A stretch of DNA of 62,630 nt, counting the filler. It is 4 parts of 4 records of this genome, joined end to end, with 100 filler letters (N's around TTAATTAATTAA, not from the genome) between each part and the next. Parts side by side here need not be neighbours in the genome. Positions count along the whole stretch, not along the records: positions 1 to 30,259 come from SRR20825019_1743; 3 more parts are not named here. One strand, written 5' to 3'. Of the stretch, positions 1-12,334 are shown in pieces. Positions within the stretch are counted from its first letter, which is position 1; every line of letters begins with the position of its first letter. The notes under the pieces were generated by a model. The model saw nothing but the letters and a program-made list of their open reading frames with translations. It ran no database searches and was not told the origin of the DNA. Made by a program: the position numbers and the translations under genes.

Positions 1-3000
1 GGCCGCATTGAGGGCCTGAGCAAGGAACTTAGTGATCACAAGGGAATGCATACCAAGGTGGTAGAAGACTATCAAAAGAAACTGGCCAGCACAAATAATC
101 AGTTAGTTTCATCACAAGGCGATCTTGCAATGTTAGTGGAAGAGCGAGATAAGCTCTTGGCGGAAGTACAAGAGCTCGACAATCAACTCAAAATAGAGAT
201 CAAGCAGAGAGAAGAGAACTATGAAAGGACTGTCGCTCTAAACGCCAGTTACAGTGCTCAACTAGATCAGATGTTGCGAACTGTTGAACTTGAAAAGGAG
301 GAAAAGGAGAACCTTCGATCGGAGTTGTCAAATGAGCTGCAAGAGAATGCTCGTAAGCATGAAAATGAATTAGGTCAATCAGAAAAAGTCCTCACCGACA
401 TGCAACTAGCCAAGAAGGAATCAGAAATACATCTCGGTCAAAAGATAGCAGCTCTGGAGAGGACAATAGTCGAGCAAAATGAATCTCTCGAAGAGGCGAG
501 AGTGAAGCACAAGAGGGAATACGAGGATTATCAGTGCGAAATTCAAACATTGAAGGAAGAATGCAAACTCCTCGGAGAGGGCCTTGAGGCCTCAAAGGTT
601 GCAGTTGCTCATATGACAGAATCCAAGAAAGAGGCGGAGGAGCGCTATCAGTCTCAAAACAGCAAGCTGGTATCTGACTTGACGGAGACTCGTGCAAGAA
701 TCAAATTTTTGGAACAAGAGCTCGAGGATATGAAGGAGGAAATGATTGAGACGAAGGAGGACTTTGAAGCTGAATTGCAGAGGCGAAAGCGGGTTATGGA
801 CGAGGCAAATGCTGAAGTCGAAAAATTCCGTGTGGCAAATGAAGGGATGAAGCAAGAAGTAGAGTCGCTGAGGAAACATTTCTTGCTCGGCAGCCAGAAA
901 TTGGACGACGTGAGGCGGGTCACGTTAGGCGACTCAAACAGTGCTGCAGGAAGTCCTCTTTTGAAGCCAGGAAGTCCTCTTTTGAAGCCAGGTCTTAAAC
1001 GCAGGATTTCAACTGGAGAACGGGAGATGGAAGAACTTGATCACGATATTTCTTTGGTGTTTACTGATGTCCAAAGCTCAACTTCGTTGTGGGCATCCAA
1101 GCAGCAGTTTATGGTGTCTGCTTTGCGGATTCACGACAGAATTTGCCGAAAGAACATCAAGGAATGTGGAGGCTACGAAGTTAAAACCGAAGGCGATGCT
1201 TTCATGGTCGTATTTAAGTCCCCAGTCATGGCAGCAAAGTGGTGTCTGAAAACTCAAGAAGATCTCATTAATGCAGAATGGCCGATTCCTCTTCTTGACC
1301 ATGAGGCAACCAAGGAAGTCAGAGGTAGTGGTGGGCCTCTACTCTTCCGAGGGTTCAGGGTTCGAATGGGAATTCACAGCGGGAGGCCATACAAGCAGAG
1401 GGACGCCATGACGGGACGGGACGACTATTTCGGCCCAGCTGTCAACGAAGCAGCGCGAGTATCTGGAATGGGAAAAGGCGGACAGATAATAATATCTGGG
1501 GAAGTGAGGGAACAACTCCAAAACCATATTGAAGACCTGAATGCTTTTCTTATCGATCATGGCATGTACCAGTTGAAGGGTCTTAACCACAAGACAAACT
1601 TGTGCGAAATCGGACTCTCAAGTCTAAAAGAAAGAAATCTTGGTGCCCCGAAAAGTGGCAAAGAGCAGATCGAACCCCCGATTGGAGAGTTGGCTCTGGT
1701 TTTTACAGATGTAGAAGACTCCACTCAACAATGGGAGGTGACTCCGCATCCTATGCGGATTGCACTGGAGAAGCACAATCGCATCGGACGGGCGTTGATG
1801 AAGCATCACCATGGATACGAAGTGAAAACAGAAGGGGATGCCTTTATGGCCGCATTCCAAAATACTGAGGATGCCTTGAGGTGGTGTGTCGACTTCCAGG
1901 AAACGCTCACTACCCTCGACTGGCCGGCCGAACTGTTGGAGAACGAAGCGTCGAAAGAGGTCAAGGATGAAAACGGCAAAATTTTGTTCCGTGGACTACG
2001 AGTTCGCATGGGAATACACACTGGCGAACCAGATTGTGTCCCAGACCCCATCACTGATCGCATGGACTACTTTGGCCCGGTGGTCAATCGTGCTGCCAGG
2101 GTTGGTGGTGCAGGAAACGGTGGGCAGATAATTGTCAGTGAACGAGCTATGGAGATTATACAAGGGAAAATTTCTGCTTGCGGAAACCCCGCAGTGATTC
2201 CCTTGGGGTTACATGAACTCAAGGGGCTGTCGGAGGAAGAAGTACTGTTTGATGTTTACCCAGCATCATTATCAGCCCGCACCTTCCCTCCTATTCGTAC
2301 TGTGACGACTGCTGACTTCTTGATGAATGCTCTGGCTGACGAAAATTCAGTTTTGAAGCAAGAACTAGAGAATGTTGAGAAATCCCTCGAGAAGCGCTCG
2401 AATGAAATTGACGAGTTGCAGAAAAAGCTTGAAGCTCTTCAAGCGGAAATGGATTCTTCAAAAGACGAAAGAGTTGTTGCTCTTATGAAGGCATTGGAGG
2501 ATACGAAACTTGGGTATGAGGAAACGAAGTCATTGTTGGATGAATCTTGTAGTCGGAGTGATGATTTAGCTCGGCAGATTGCCGAGTTGAATGCTGAATT
2601 GAACCGAGTCCAGGAGGATGCTGCCGTCTCGATTCAGGCATCATTGAAAGAAGCTGCAGTCATGAAATCCAGGCTGGCCCTCACATCAGAAGAACGAGAC
2701 CGCCTTGCCGCCACCAAGGTGTCTTTGGGAAATGAAGTTGAGATGCTGCAGAATCAACTCAGAGACCGCACGAAGGAATTCCATACGAAATCAGACGAAA
2801 TGAAAGCAGCCGTGGAGTTAATGCGCTCTATTGCAGATGAAGATCATCGTTTGTCAGAACGCACTATACAGAAGAATACACAGCTAGTACGTCAATTCAG
2901 CAATAAGCTTCTAGCTATTGAATCTTCATCTGCTGAAGTTGCCTCAAAGCTGGACGACGCCAAGCTCTCATCCGAGGCGGTGGGAATGAAAGTTTCCTCG

Positions 3001-5779
3001 CTGTCCCTTATTATTGAGAATGAATTGTCTGCAGACTTTGTGAACATTAACGGGCCAATGGGTGGTAGAATAACCGCTGGAGGCGTATTTTCGATGGACA
3101 AAACCATTGTCGCGGTGGAAATCGAAGGTTGCTCAGAATTGTGGAGACTTAAGCCGGTGCTGGCCATGGATTTATGTAACACCTTAAGGTGCTTATTGGC
3201 GCCAACCGTGGCTCGGCACAGAGGGTGCGAATTTACTCAGGATCCTGATCGTTTTGGGTTGATGTTCGCTTCTCCCACGGATGCCATTGAATGGGCATTG
3301 GTGACGAGACACATTATTGCAGATCATGAGTGGCCAGCGGAACTACTTGACCAGTCGAACTTTGCCCAAGTCTTTAGTGACGGCCAGAAGCTTCATTCTG
3401 GCCCGCGCTTGTGCATTGGTATTGTGTCGGGCCATTGCCATCTTCGGCCGTTGCCTTACACTCTTCGGTTATCGTGCGTAGGTGATGTGGTTGATAGGGC
3501 TCGTTGGCTTGCTAGCTGGGCTCTCGGAGGACAGATACTGCTGGAAAGCATGGAAGGCAAGACCATGTCCGCAGCTCGCTCACTTTTGGCGCATCAGGGG
3601 GCTGCTGTCAAGATTTCCGATGTTGTGGGCATCCGTGCGAGCTCGAAGGAATCCCTTGAAGTGAAGGAGATCTTTGAGGAGAAATTGCGAGTGAGTCTAT
3701 CCAGCCCGAAGAAATCAAGTCAACCAAGCCCCCAAAAGTCGAGGGTGCGTTCATCATATGGTGTTGATCCAACTATGCTCTGTCAGGGAGGTAGCGGAAC
3801 AACAGTGTGCGTCGATTTTGGAAATTTGGTGAATCTCTGGCAAGATATGTCTTATTCTTCCCGTGCGGCACTATCATCAATTGACCTAATGGTTGCTACG
3901 TTTGCGCGCCGGTGGGGTGGTTATGTGAATCCCGGTAGTCAAGGTGAAAGATGGACTGTTCTTTTCGATTGTGAAAAGAGCGCTATTCCTTTCGCGGCAC
4001 AGCTTTTGGAAGCCATGGCTTCGACTGAATGGCCAAACGGCTTCCAGGGCAAGCTGAATGGTAGCCAAAGGTCTCCGGAAAAGTCAATCAGAAATGGACC
4101 CAAGATCCGCATGGGATTGTGGTCTGGAGAAGTTACCTGGGATTCGGGCAGTCGGTTGTGGTCCGGCGCTGCTGTTTCACTTGCTGCTAGGCTGTCCCGA
4201 TCTGCGACGTATGGTCAGATCGTTGCTCCTAGTAATGTTTGCGCGTCTGTGAAAGAAGGTGACAATATGCGCATATTTGACTTGGGAGTGTATTCCTTCA
4301 ATGATGAGGATGTCAATTTCTGTCAGATTATGCCCTCTTCCCTTCCCAACGAAGACTTCCCACCTCTGGAAATTCAATCTCAACTGGAATCAGCGCTCGA
4401 CAACCTGAAGCAAGATATGACAAGAGTTACCACTGAAATCAATCACATAGATACCAAGGTGACTATTTGGTAGTCCTGTTTCACTGACCAGTGAACTGAT
4501 AATTATTTTTCAGGTGACCCATTCGTTTAGAGATCTCGAGGCTGCCAAAGAAGAATGCCAGCGTCTTGCATCTATGGTCTCCTCTGACGGGATGAAGCGC
4601 TTGAAGGAACTATCTGAACAGATGGCCAAAAATGAGGAGTCGTATGATCGGTATGTACAGCAACTTGGCCAAGTATCCGAGAAGCTTGGTGCCTTTGAGA
4701 AGAGTTTAGAGACCTGTGGAATTCTCAATCAGAACGAACTCTCCAAAGCGCTCATTGAGGTATTGAACTGAACGCCGTGCTGATTGGATAGAACTGAGTC
4801 TGCCCCAGCGAAACCGCATGTCTCTCGAATGTACTGAGAAACTCGAGAAGATGAAGCAGGAAATGGTCTCGTTGCAGGTGAATGCTCAGGAGCAGATTGA
4901 AGAGTGCAAAGAAGAGGCACATCAAAATTGTGTCCGCCTGGAGGTTGCCCATCATGAAGCCACAGTGCGGTTGCGGGAGAAATTGAGTAGGATGGAGACA
5001 GAAATTGGCAGAAATGCACTCAGCATGTTGAAGGTACGAATGAATCTCACGTGAAGTTGGATGTAGAAGGGGTGACACAAGTGTTGCGCAGTGTGCAATC
5101 ATCCCACTAAACAAGCATGGGCTGAAGGAAGTTGAGAAAAGCCTTTCTAAAATGGAGGTTGTGAAGGGCATGGGCATGGTGAGTATATTCTGCAATGAAA
5201 GCGCGCCTCGCTAACTTCCCGCAGATTGACGAAATGGCTGCTGAAAAGTTATTCGGAGGAGCGTATGTGGGAATTAAGCAAGCCTTGGCAGACCTCGGGG
5301 CCCAAACGGACGATTGGAGCTCATTGGATGTCAAAGCATTTCCACCACACATTGTATCCGGGGTGGGGAGGCATCTCATGGTTTGTGTTTTTTCAACCCG
5401 AAAGTTAATGAGACTGACGATTGCACAGGACTTGATTGTATCTTATGAGCACGTGTCGCCAGAATTCCGTGGCGACAGTGCGGGGGTGAAAGAAATCGAA
5501 AAGAACTGCACGTTGTTGGTGCAGCTGGGCAGAATGTCTAATGCGCTCTCGGACAACGATGCTTTGGCCAAGCCGGCTGCAGCGCGGGGTAATTCGGCGC
5601 CTTCATATCGCTCAAGGGTTATGGAAAGGCCCATACAAAGAACTCAAACTGGAAGCCCGACCCGGACTGAGAGAAAGGAGCGGCCGAAGTGGGCACCAAC
5701 GCCTGTTGCGGCCGGCCGCCGGATTCCCTCTAAACCACCACAGTCAGCACGTGATTCCACCAATGATGAGAACAATTGA
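1..5779 (+). CDS. Large coiled-coil protein with four class III nucleotide cyclase domains (two intact adenylate-type, two degenerate); 5' truncated, multi-exon
   Basis: Frame is open from base 1. Motif set LVFTD..ST, GYEVKTEGDAFM, RVRMGIH, DYFGP.VN.AAR, GGQII, LKG occurs twice (~1045-1620, ~1690-2270). Degenerate copies at ~3100-3680 and ~3800-4350. GT-AG introns at 4459-4513 and 4760-4808 join the downstream ORFs in frame; later junctions are approximate. Confidence 0.85.
947..992 (+). repeat. 21-bp tandem duplication inside CDS (GSPLLKP x2)
   Basis: CAGGAAGTCCTCTTTTGAAGC repeated directly. Confidence 0.9.
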
Positions 5780-5849
5780 TTTCAATGATATCAATTAAAG
5801 TTTGCATTGACTTCTGTCAACCATCCACACAATTTTCGACTGGCAGTTC

Positions 5850-6420
5850 CGGGAACCTCGCACGCGTGACACGAGTCACTCATCACTGCCACCCCCGGGG
5901 CGCGCGCCCCCCGGCGCGGCGGCCCCCTGCCGCCCCGGCGCCGCCGGACCGGAGGACCCCGGGCTTGGCCCCGGTCACCGTGCCGCTGCGTCACGGCGGG
6001 CGGCCCAGCGCACCGCAGGCTGCCGGCCCGCGGGTCCGGTCCGGCGAACGGCAGAAACCGGGGACTGGAGGCCGGGGCCCCGTCCGGCGCCGAGGCAGGG
6101 CCCGGCCTGACCCGCCGGGGCCGCGCGTGCGGGTCCCGGTGGCCCCGGGCGGGGCCCGGCCCCGCAGGGCCCGCGGCCTCCAGCTGCATTGACGTCTCTG
6201 GCTGGGGGCGGCCGTCGTCGTTGTCGGCCGGTCGGACCCTGGGTGGGGTACTCGGACCGCCGCCGTCACTCCTATCAGTCTGAGCTGGGGGAGGCCGGGG
6301 CCGGCGCCCCGGCAGTGGCGGCGGACCGGACCACGGGGCGGTGCCCCCCCGGCTGGTACCGGCTGCCGGCCGGGCCGCCCTCCTCACAGCGGTGCCTCAC
6401 CGGCGGGTTTCCAAGACGGA
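5850..6420. promoter_or_regulatory. GC-rich promoter island upstream of gene at 6539
   Basis: Abrupt switch to near-pure G/C low-complexity sequence, followed by TATAT at 6468 and ATG at 6539. Confidence 0.6.
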
Positions 6421-6538
6421 CGTCCAACAGCATGCTTTGCCTCGAAGTGCTTTCTTCTCGCTCAAGCTATATGTTGGTGTCGTTTTGAAGAAACACTCTG
6501 TCGATGAACCTGCACTCCTAGAAACGACACTTGTCACC

Positions 6539-9500
6539 ATGTCCTCGGACGAGTCGTCCGACAACGACCAGAAAAGCACTTACGACACGGCCTCTGACAA
6601 TGGAAGTGGTGATGGGCCGGTCACAGCCGGAGACTCCATGGGAGGTGTTTCTCTAGGGGGTGCCGGGACCTCCGTGGGTGGTGCAGCAGACTTATTTTTA
6701 CCTCCTGCCGGCGGACTTCTGCAAGTGCTGGAGACTGATCCGAAGTTGGCGGCAAACCTTGCGAACGATGACAAAGACGACGATGAAGACAGCCCCCGAC
6801 CAAAGAAAAAAGTAGTTCCTGAACTGCCCTGGACCAGGTGTATGCGACGAAAAAAACACTCTATGAAACACCCATTGTTTCACAAGGTACCGTCCTTGAT
6901 TGTATCAAAGTAGTCCTCTGATTTTAGTATGCAGTGGCTGGAAGAATTTGGGAGTGGGTTTACTTACAAAACTGCCTCGGAGAACCTCGTCAAGGGGTCT
7001 ATGAGTTTCTTGACCAAAACAAAACGGGGAAATTTAAGCAGCTGCGTCCAGGCAAGTGCTCACCTTCTACGTTGCAGGGTATCTCTAACGCCATTACAGA
7101 AGCTGCTAGAAGCAAAAGCTCCGCAAAAGTCTACTGGCCAGTCAGACCTAGGAAGTTGGAGCTCACCAGGAGATGATGTTGGAGAACTTGTAGGGAAACT
7201 TGAAGCCATAAGAGAGAGCCCAGAGGTTTCGAGCGCACTGCAAGACTGGTGGGATGAAATGGATGTTGACCGCGAGTACGGGAACGTTTTCTTTACCGAA
7301 TACAAGCGGATCAGTAACTTAATCTGGGACCAATTGGCTCCTGAGATCGGCATGGAGGAACGTGATGCCATTGACAGCGATTTCTATGTAGATGCAGAAC
7401 CTCCCAAAAAAAAATTTGTCACCAAGGAGCGCTGGTTTATCAGTATGATGGAGGTATGTCAAATTTGCACAGCCTAATTTTAATATTCACATGATCATGC
7501 AGCTTGTGGATTGCTGGGAGGGAAGCACTGAACCCGAAAAATATGTATTGTTTCTCAACACGCTAAGGAACAATATTGGATCCGAAATCAGTCGCCCCTT
7601 GAGGGTATGCCTTGTTCGTCGTAACCTGGTCAGTGGCATCACTGACTGTAGTAAAATCGTAGGTGAGGAAACAACAAGCCGAAAAGATGGTTGCAGAAGC
7701 AAAGGAGATCTGCAAAATGATGTCGGGAGAAACGATGTACAGCCCACCTCAGAGTCCATGTCTCACCAGAAAACGGTCGCAAGAAATTTTTGTGGATGAT
7801 TACATAGTAAGTGTGGTTTTCGTACGCGAAGAATGTCTCCTTATGGTATTGCAATGAATAGGAGCGTAGCAAAGAGTGGGCTGTGGAGGAGTCCATGCGA
7901 CCTGTCATAAATAAGGTGAAGGAGGCCCATCGAAAATTAGATAAGCTCAGTACTGTGAGTTGAAGTGCCCTTTGTTATGTATGTACTTCTGAAACTAATT
8001 CTGCATCCAGAGCCAGATGGATCAGGTCAAGAAGACACCGATATTCAATTTGATTGACGGTGCAAGGAAAGAGCTGGAGCACGCCAACAAGATTGCATCA
8101 ATCATCGGTATGCGAACATAGTCAACAGCATCTTTCATATCGACTAATTGGAATGTGGTCATGGCAGGTATGAGGCAGTCCGTCCAAGAGAAGCAGAAGG
8201 GGATGAAGTCAATCTTGCAACTAGAAATTGGAGATATGGTGGATAACACGAAAACAGAACTCGATCTCTTGATGAATGATATTGGGCAAGTGTTGCAAGG
8301 TGCTCCTCATCCTTCATCGGAAGAATTCATGTCGGAGGCAAGAAAGATTCGGGACAACATGCCCCACGTTAGAAGGGCGAAGATGGAAAAACACAGGCCG
8401 TTGCCGCTTGAGCAATCACCCCGAAACAGTCTCTTGTACCACATGGTGAAAAAATCTCGCCAGGCAGATATTGCTATCGTAGAGTATGATAAGTACAACG
8501 ACACTATTCTCGAAGAAAGATCACTCTCCCTTCTAGGCCCATCTCCTGTCATTCCTCACCGAACTCGGGCGGCTGGGCAACCTGACCCCGATTTATCTGG
8601 CAAGGATGATGTGGACACGCATTCCATTCCAGCGATGGTGGGATGGCGGAGGCCTTTGACCATGGCGTCGATGCGGATCAAGCAGAAAGGAACGAACAGC
8701 GGGCTTGATCGCACTGCAATGCCATCAAGGGCGCAGTCTTCTATGAGTTTCTTTAGCCCAACGAAGTCTACGGCATCGATTGGCAACCCCGTTGTTGAAG
8801 TCACACCACAGCCACGACAGAGCGTGATGGAGGAATTGGCGAGTTTCCATGAGGCGAAGGGCAAGGAAAAGGGCAAATCGAGGCATAAGGTTGACGACAA
8901 CTTCGTTCGGCTTCGGGATTTGGTTCAAGTTCAGGTGAGTATATGTGCGAGTTTCATGGGTACCTGTCTGAAGAGAAGCATGTTTCAGGTCAGGGAATGG
9001 CCTCCTACGAAGAACAAGGGTCCTTCAATGGACCTGCCTCCCTTGCATGAAGATGAGAATATTCAGGGTCTGTATGAATGCTGATTCCGACGACTTCGCT
9101 GATGTACTTGCACTCCAGTTCCAGAATGGAATCTGAGTATGGAGATTGAAATGAATAATTTTGACGAAGAGCGAAAGAAAATGCAGTCCGCAGCGACGAC
9201 TTTAACCATGGAATCTGAGGAAAGCATGATGATGGAACCAGATGTAAGATCCGGGGGATTTCTTACCATTCATGTGCTGACAATGTACCAGAGCTTCGTG
9301 GGAAAGTTAGAGGGCCAAGTCTCAAAGGCTCGAGAGGCAGCTGAGGTAGATCCCACTTTGCAATTTATTCCGAGTTTCAGTGGCGGGCCGGCTCGCTCAC
9401 AGGGAGCGACTGGAACTGCCACTGGGGCCCACACAAGGAGAACCGGCACGAATGAGAATGATGATGACGACGATGAGGTAAGTTGTGTTATTGCCATTTA

Positions 9501-10101
9501 TACTCCATGTGCTAACATTTGAAGTTGCTTCAGGATGAGGACGTATTCAGAGAAGCGGAGGAACTTGAGGAAAAGGCAAGGAGAGATCGGGCTAGACGAA
9601 TTGCAGCAGAGAGAAGGGACCGAGAAAAGAGGGAAATGGCGCGAGCTGCGGGCTTGGACGAAACCATGGATGCAGATGCCATTTGGAAAGGCGTATTGGA
9701 TCAGGCTCGATTCCGCCGGCATAATCGTCTCATACAGAAGAAGGAGCACATGTACGTATCCCCCACGTTAGAAAATATCTACTACTGATTTCTCGAAAGG
9801 ACGAAGGCGACGGTCGAGTTCCTTGAGGATGCTGTGCATCACTTAGAAGCGAAGGTCTCGAAACTTCAGACAAGGGGGAGATTTGGTACGGAGAAACATC
9901 GGTTTTGCCTGTAGAGTTGACACTTATTCACCAGAAAAAACGGATCCCAAACCATTCAAGACTAACGAAATTAGGAGGAGGTTTAAGCCTGGGCAGGTGC
10001 CAAAATGGAAAGGAGTTGGTCAAGGGTTCCGAGGAGATATGGCGCCCCGAGTGGAATTGAATTGGCCACTGAAGAAACCCAAAAAGAGGATTGCATACTA
10101 G
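6539..10101 (+). CDS. Uncharacterised multi-exon protein with acidic N-terminus, EF-hand-like segment and coiled coils
   Basis: Chain of + strand ORFs (6539, 6929, 7491, 8155, 9139, 9519, 9883) separated by short GT-AG introns. Segment WWDEMDVDREYGNVFFTEY...WFISMMELVDCW is EF-hand-like. Confidence 0.6.
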
Positions 10102-10222
10102 CTAGATATCTATATGGTTGCATTGGTCTACACAAAGGTACTTTAGGATACAATAGGGTACTTCATTACAATTATGGGTTCTATATGTTCAACTGGTTGC
10201 CATGTTCGTGCCGGAAAGAGTG

Positions 10223-10305
10223 GCTTCTGTGCAATCCGTGTCAGCCCAACCAAATGCGCTCTGGGGCACTTTGATTGGTGGGCTTCATTAGGAGCAACTA
10301 GAAGC
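10223..10305 (-). promoter_or_regulatory. SECIS element (form 2) in MsrA 3' UTR
   Basis: Minus strand reads GCTTCTAGTTGCTCC-TA-ATGA-AGCCCACCAATC-AAA-GTGC-CCCAGAGC-GCAT-TTGGTTGGGC-TGAC-ACGGATTGCACAGAAGC. It has the AUGA/GA core, helix II, an AAA bulge 11 nt above the core, an apical mini-stem and helix I. It starts 40 nt after the MsrA stop codon. Confidence 0.9.
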
Positions 10306-10344
10306 GATAAACATGAATCCTAAGCACAGCACAACTATCCAATT

Positions 10345-11074
10345 CTATCTTTTGCGATGGCCAGCCTTTCGCAGATAATGCTGATGATACTCTGCTCATG
10401 GCATCAGGACACCAGCAAGGACAACGCTCATAAGAACTCACCCTCCGCAAGATAGAACGCCTTTAGTGGCTCAATGTCTGTCGCCACCTTGAATCTCTTC
10501 CCGGAACCATTCCGGATTCGCTTCTCTATATACTTTTCCTTGGACGCCTGCACTTGACGAGCCTTGACGCACACGGTAAGCCAGTGTACCCACCATATGT
10601 AACAAGAACTAACCTGTTTTTCATTATGATACCATATCGCAGACTTGTATTGCGCAGAGAAAGAACGATGTTCTGGACTATGCATAGTCCAAAACATATT
10701 TAACAACTAGAACGAGTTTGTTAATTGAAATATGATACCTCACCATCATCAAAACCAACCTGGTCGTATGAAACCACGTCAGGCCTGAAGTCAATTTGAA
10801 TGGCCTCCGTATGATCTTTCATCCGCCTATATGTTGGATTGGGTTCCCGGCCTCCGGTATATCCGACCCGCGTCCTCACTACTCCTTCGACATTGTGGAA
10901 AGTGAGTTGCGGGCCCTTAAGAAAATTTAGTACGCAAACTTGAATCTCACAAACCCAGCAGCATACCCAAAATCATCCCAAAGCAAACGTTGCTGTCTCG
11001 ATGCCAGCCTTGTTGGGGGGCTCCACGCGTTTGCACTCGTCTACACCACCTTCGAACGAACACCCTCCTCCCAT
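10345..11074 (-). CDS. msrA: Selenoprotein peptide-methionine (S)-S-oxide reductase (Sec-MsrA), 5 exons
   Basis: Spliced translation: MGGGCSFEGG...TATFALG-U(TGA 10975-10973)-FW|GPQLTF...VVRTRVGYTGG...PTY...DHTEAIQIDF...QYKSAIWYH...FYLAEEYHQHYL. First intron is 10966-10916. UGA occupies the catalytic Cys position of GCFWG. Confidence 0.93.
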
Positions 11075-11184
11075 AGAGTGTATGTTTTAGTTATGTCTTG
11101 GTTATGACACACTGACTTGAAGAAGTGGACGGATATTTATAGATGAGTTCTTGGACGAACCCAAGTAGGGCAATCACTACTCGA

Positions 11185-12110
11185 GGCCAGCCGGCAGAGC
11201 CACAATGTCCCGGAGCTGTCCTCAACTGTCTGAGTGTCGGTCCCAATCGCGAGTCGGCACCACACCGGGGTCTGGGGCCTGCTCCTGGCTCTTGACGGCG
11301 CCCCGAACTCTATTCACGCTGCACAGGGGCGTTTCAGCGGCTCCGGCCCCGGGTGAGGGGCGCTCGAGTGATCACGGTTGTGGCCCCTTCGCACCCGGCT
11401 ACCGTTAGGTCCATCGATCAGTAGTGAGTGCACCGTCCCACGCAAACGTCGCGAGCGCGGTGTTGAGGAGGCCTGCCGCCGGAGCCGGCGGTAATAGATA
11501 GGCGGGGCCCGGCGTAGTACTCGGTGAACTGATCCGGCGGTGACGCGTGGCCCAGCATGGGGCCTCGAACCTTCGCGAGCCTCCCCGACTCCGCGGCTGA
11601 TTGTGGCCAGGTGGCAGGATCGCACTGACCGCGGCAATCATGCACCCCGCCATCGGTGCCAGTGCCCCCGGGAGCCAGTGCGAACTTTCGCACCGCCGCA
11701 GCACCAGAAATCAGAATTCTCATTCACATATCCCATTTGGGGAGAATGAAGGGAGTTAAGGAGGGTGGTTGAGTTGTTGCGCCAGTCCGCGGTGCGGGGG
11801 GCCGGGGTCCCACAGTGGCCAGCCGGGCACACGCCCCTCGCCGGGCCGGGCCAGCCGGCCGGGCGCCCCGGGCCGCGGCGGCGCCGGCCCCGAGTCCAGT
11901 CGCTCCGACCACACGGTTCAATGCCGGGGCCAGTCCCATGGAGGATCGGGATGATGCTCGCGCATCTCGGCCCCGGGTCCCGAGGTCCGGTCCCGCATTT
12001 AGCTGCGTTACCGGAGCCGTCTGCTGACCATCATACTCGCGCACGGGGCGGGACCCGGGCCACGCCGGCCGCGGGCGCGCCCGGCCGGCGCTTAGGCCTG
12101 CTATGCATGG
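11185..12110. promoter_or_regulatory. GC-rich bidirectional promoter island (msrA / RRM gene)
   Basis: Lies between divergent starts 11074(-) and 12335(+). TATAAAT on the minus strand at 11141-11135. Confidence 0.6.
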
Positions 12111-12334
12111 CGGAGGAAAGCATAGTGTCACTTTCGGCGTCCAGTCTACCATCTGCCGCTGGTGTCGGCCACGGCGACATGTGGAGTTCACCCTCACCTG
12201 CTTCACACACTGAACCCGGTATAGTTCCGTCGCCCATTCCTCGGTCTGCCAGGAATGCCGGCCTTGTATTCCTCAGTAGTGAAATAGGAGTCACTGACGA
12301 AACTTGAACACCACGCTTTTGTAGATATGGAACT

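Noticed and set aside
46-4473. Giant-virus origin of the cyclase gene
   Set aside because: No kinase domains or viral hallmark genes; intron style and neighbours match the host nuclear genome.
5776-6488. Many Pro/Arg/Gly/Ala-rich ORFs in GC islands (also ~11200-12300, 20000-21200, 24500-25300, 29500-31200, 39000-39800, 44700-46500, 50000-51000)
   Set aside because: They overlap in several frames on both strands and arise from stop-codon scarcity at extreme GC; no domain motifs.
10973-10975. msrA as a pseudogene, or UGA reassigned genome-wide
   Set aside because: The UGA is exactly at the catalytic residue with a SECIS downstream, and UGA serves as a normal stop in other genes (e.g. 14000, 32386).
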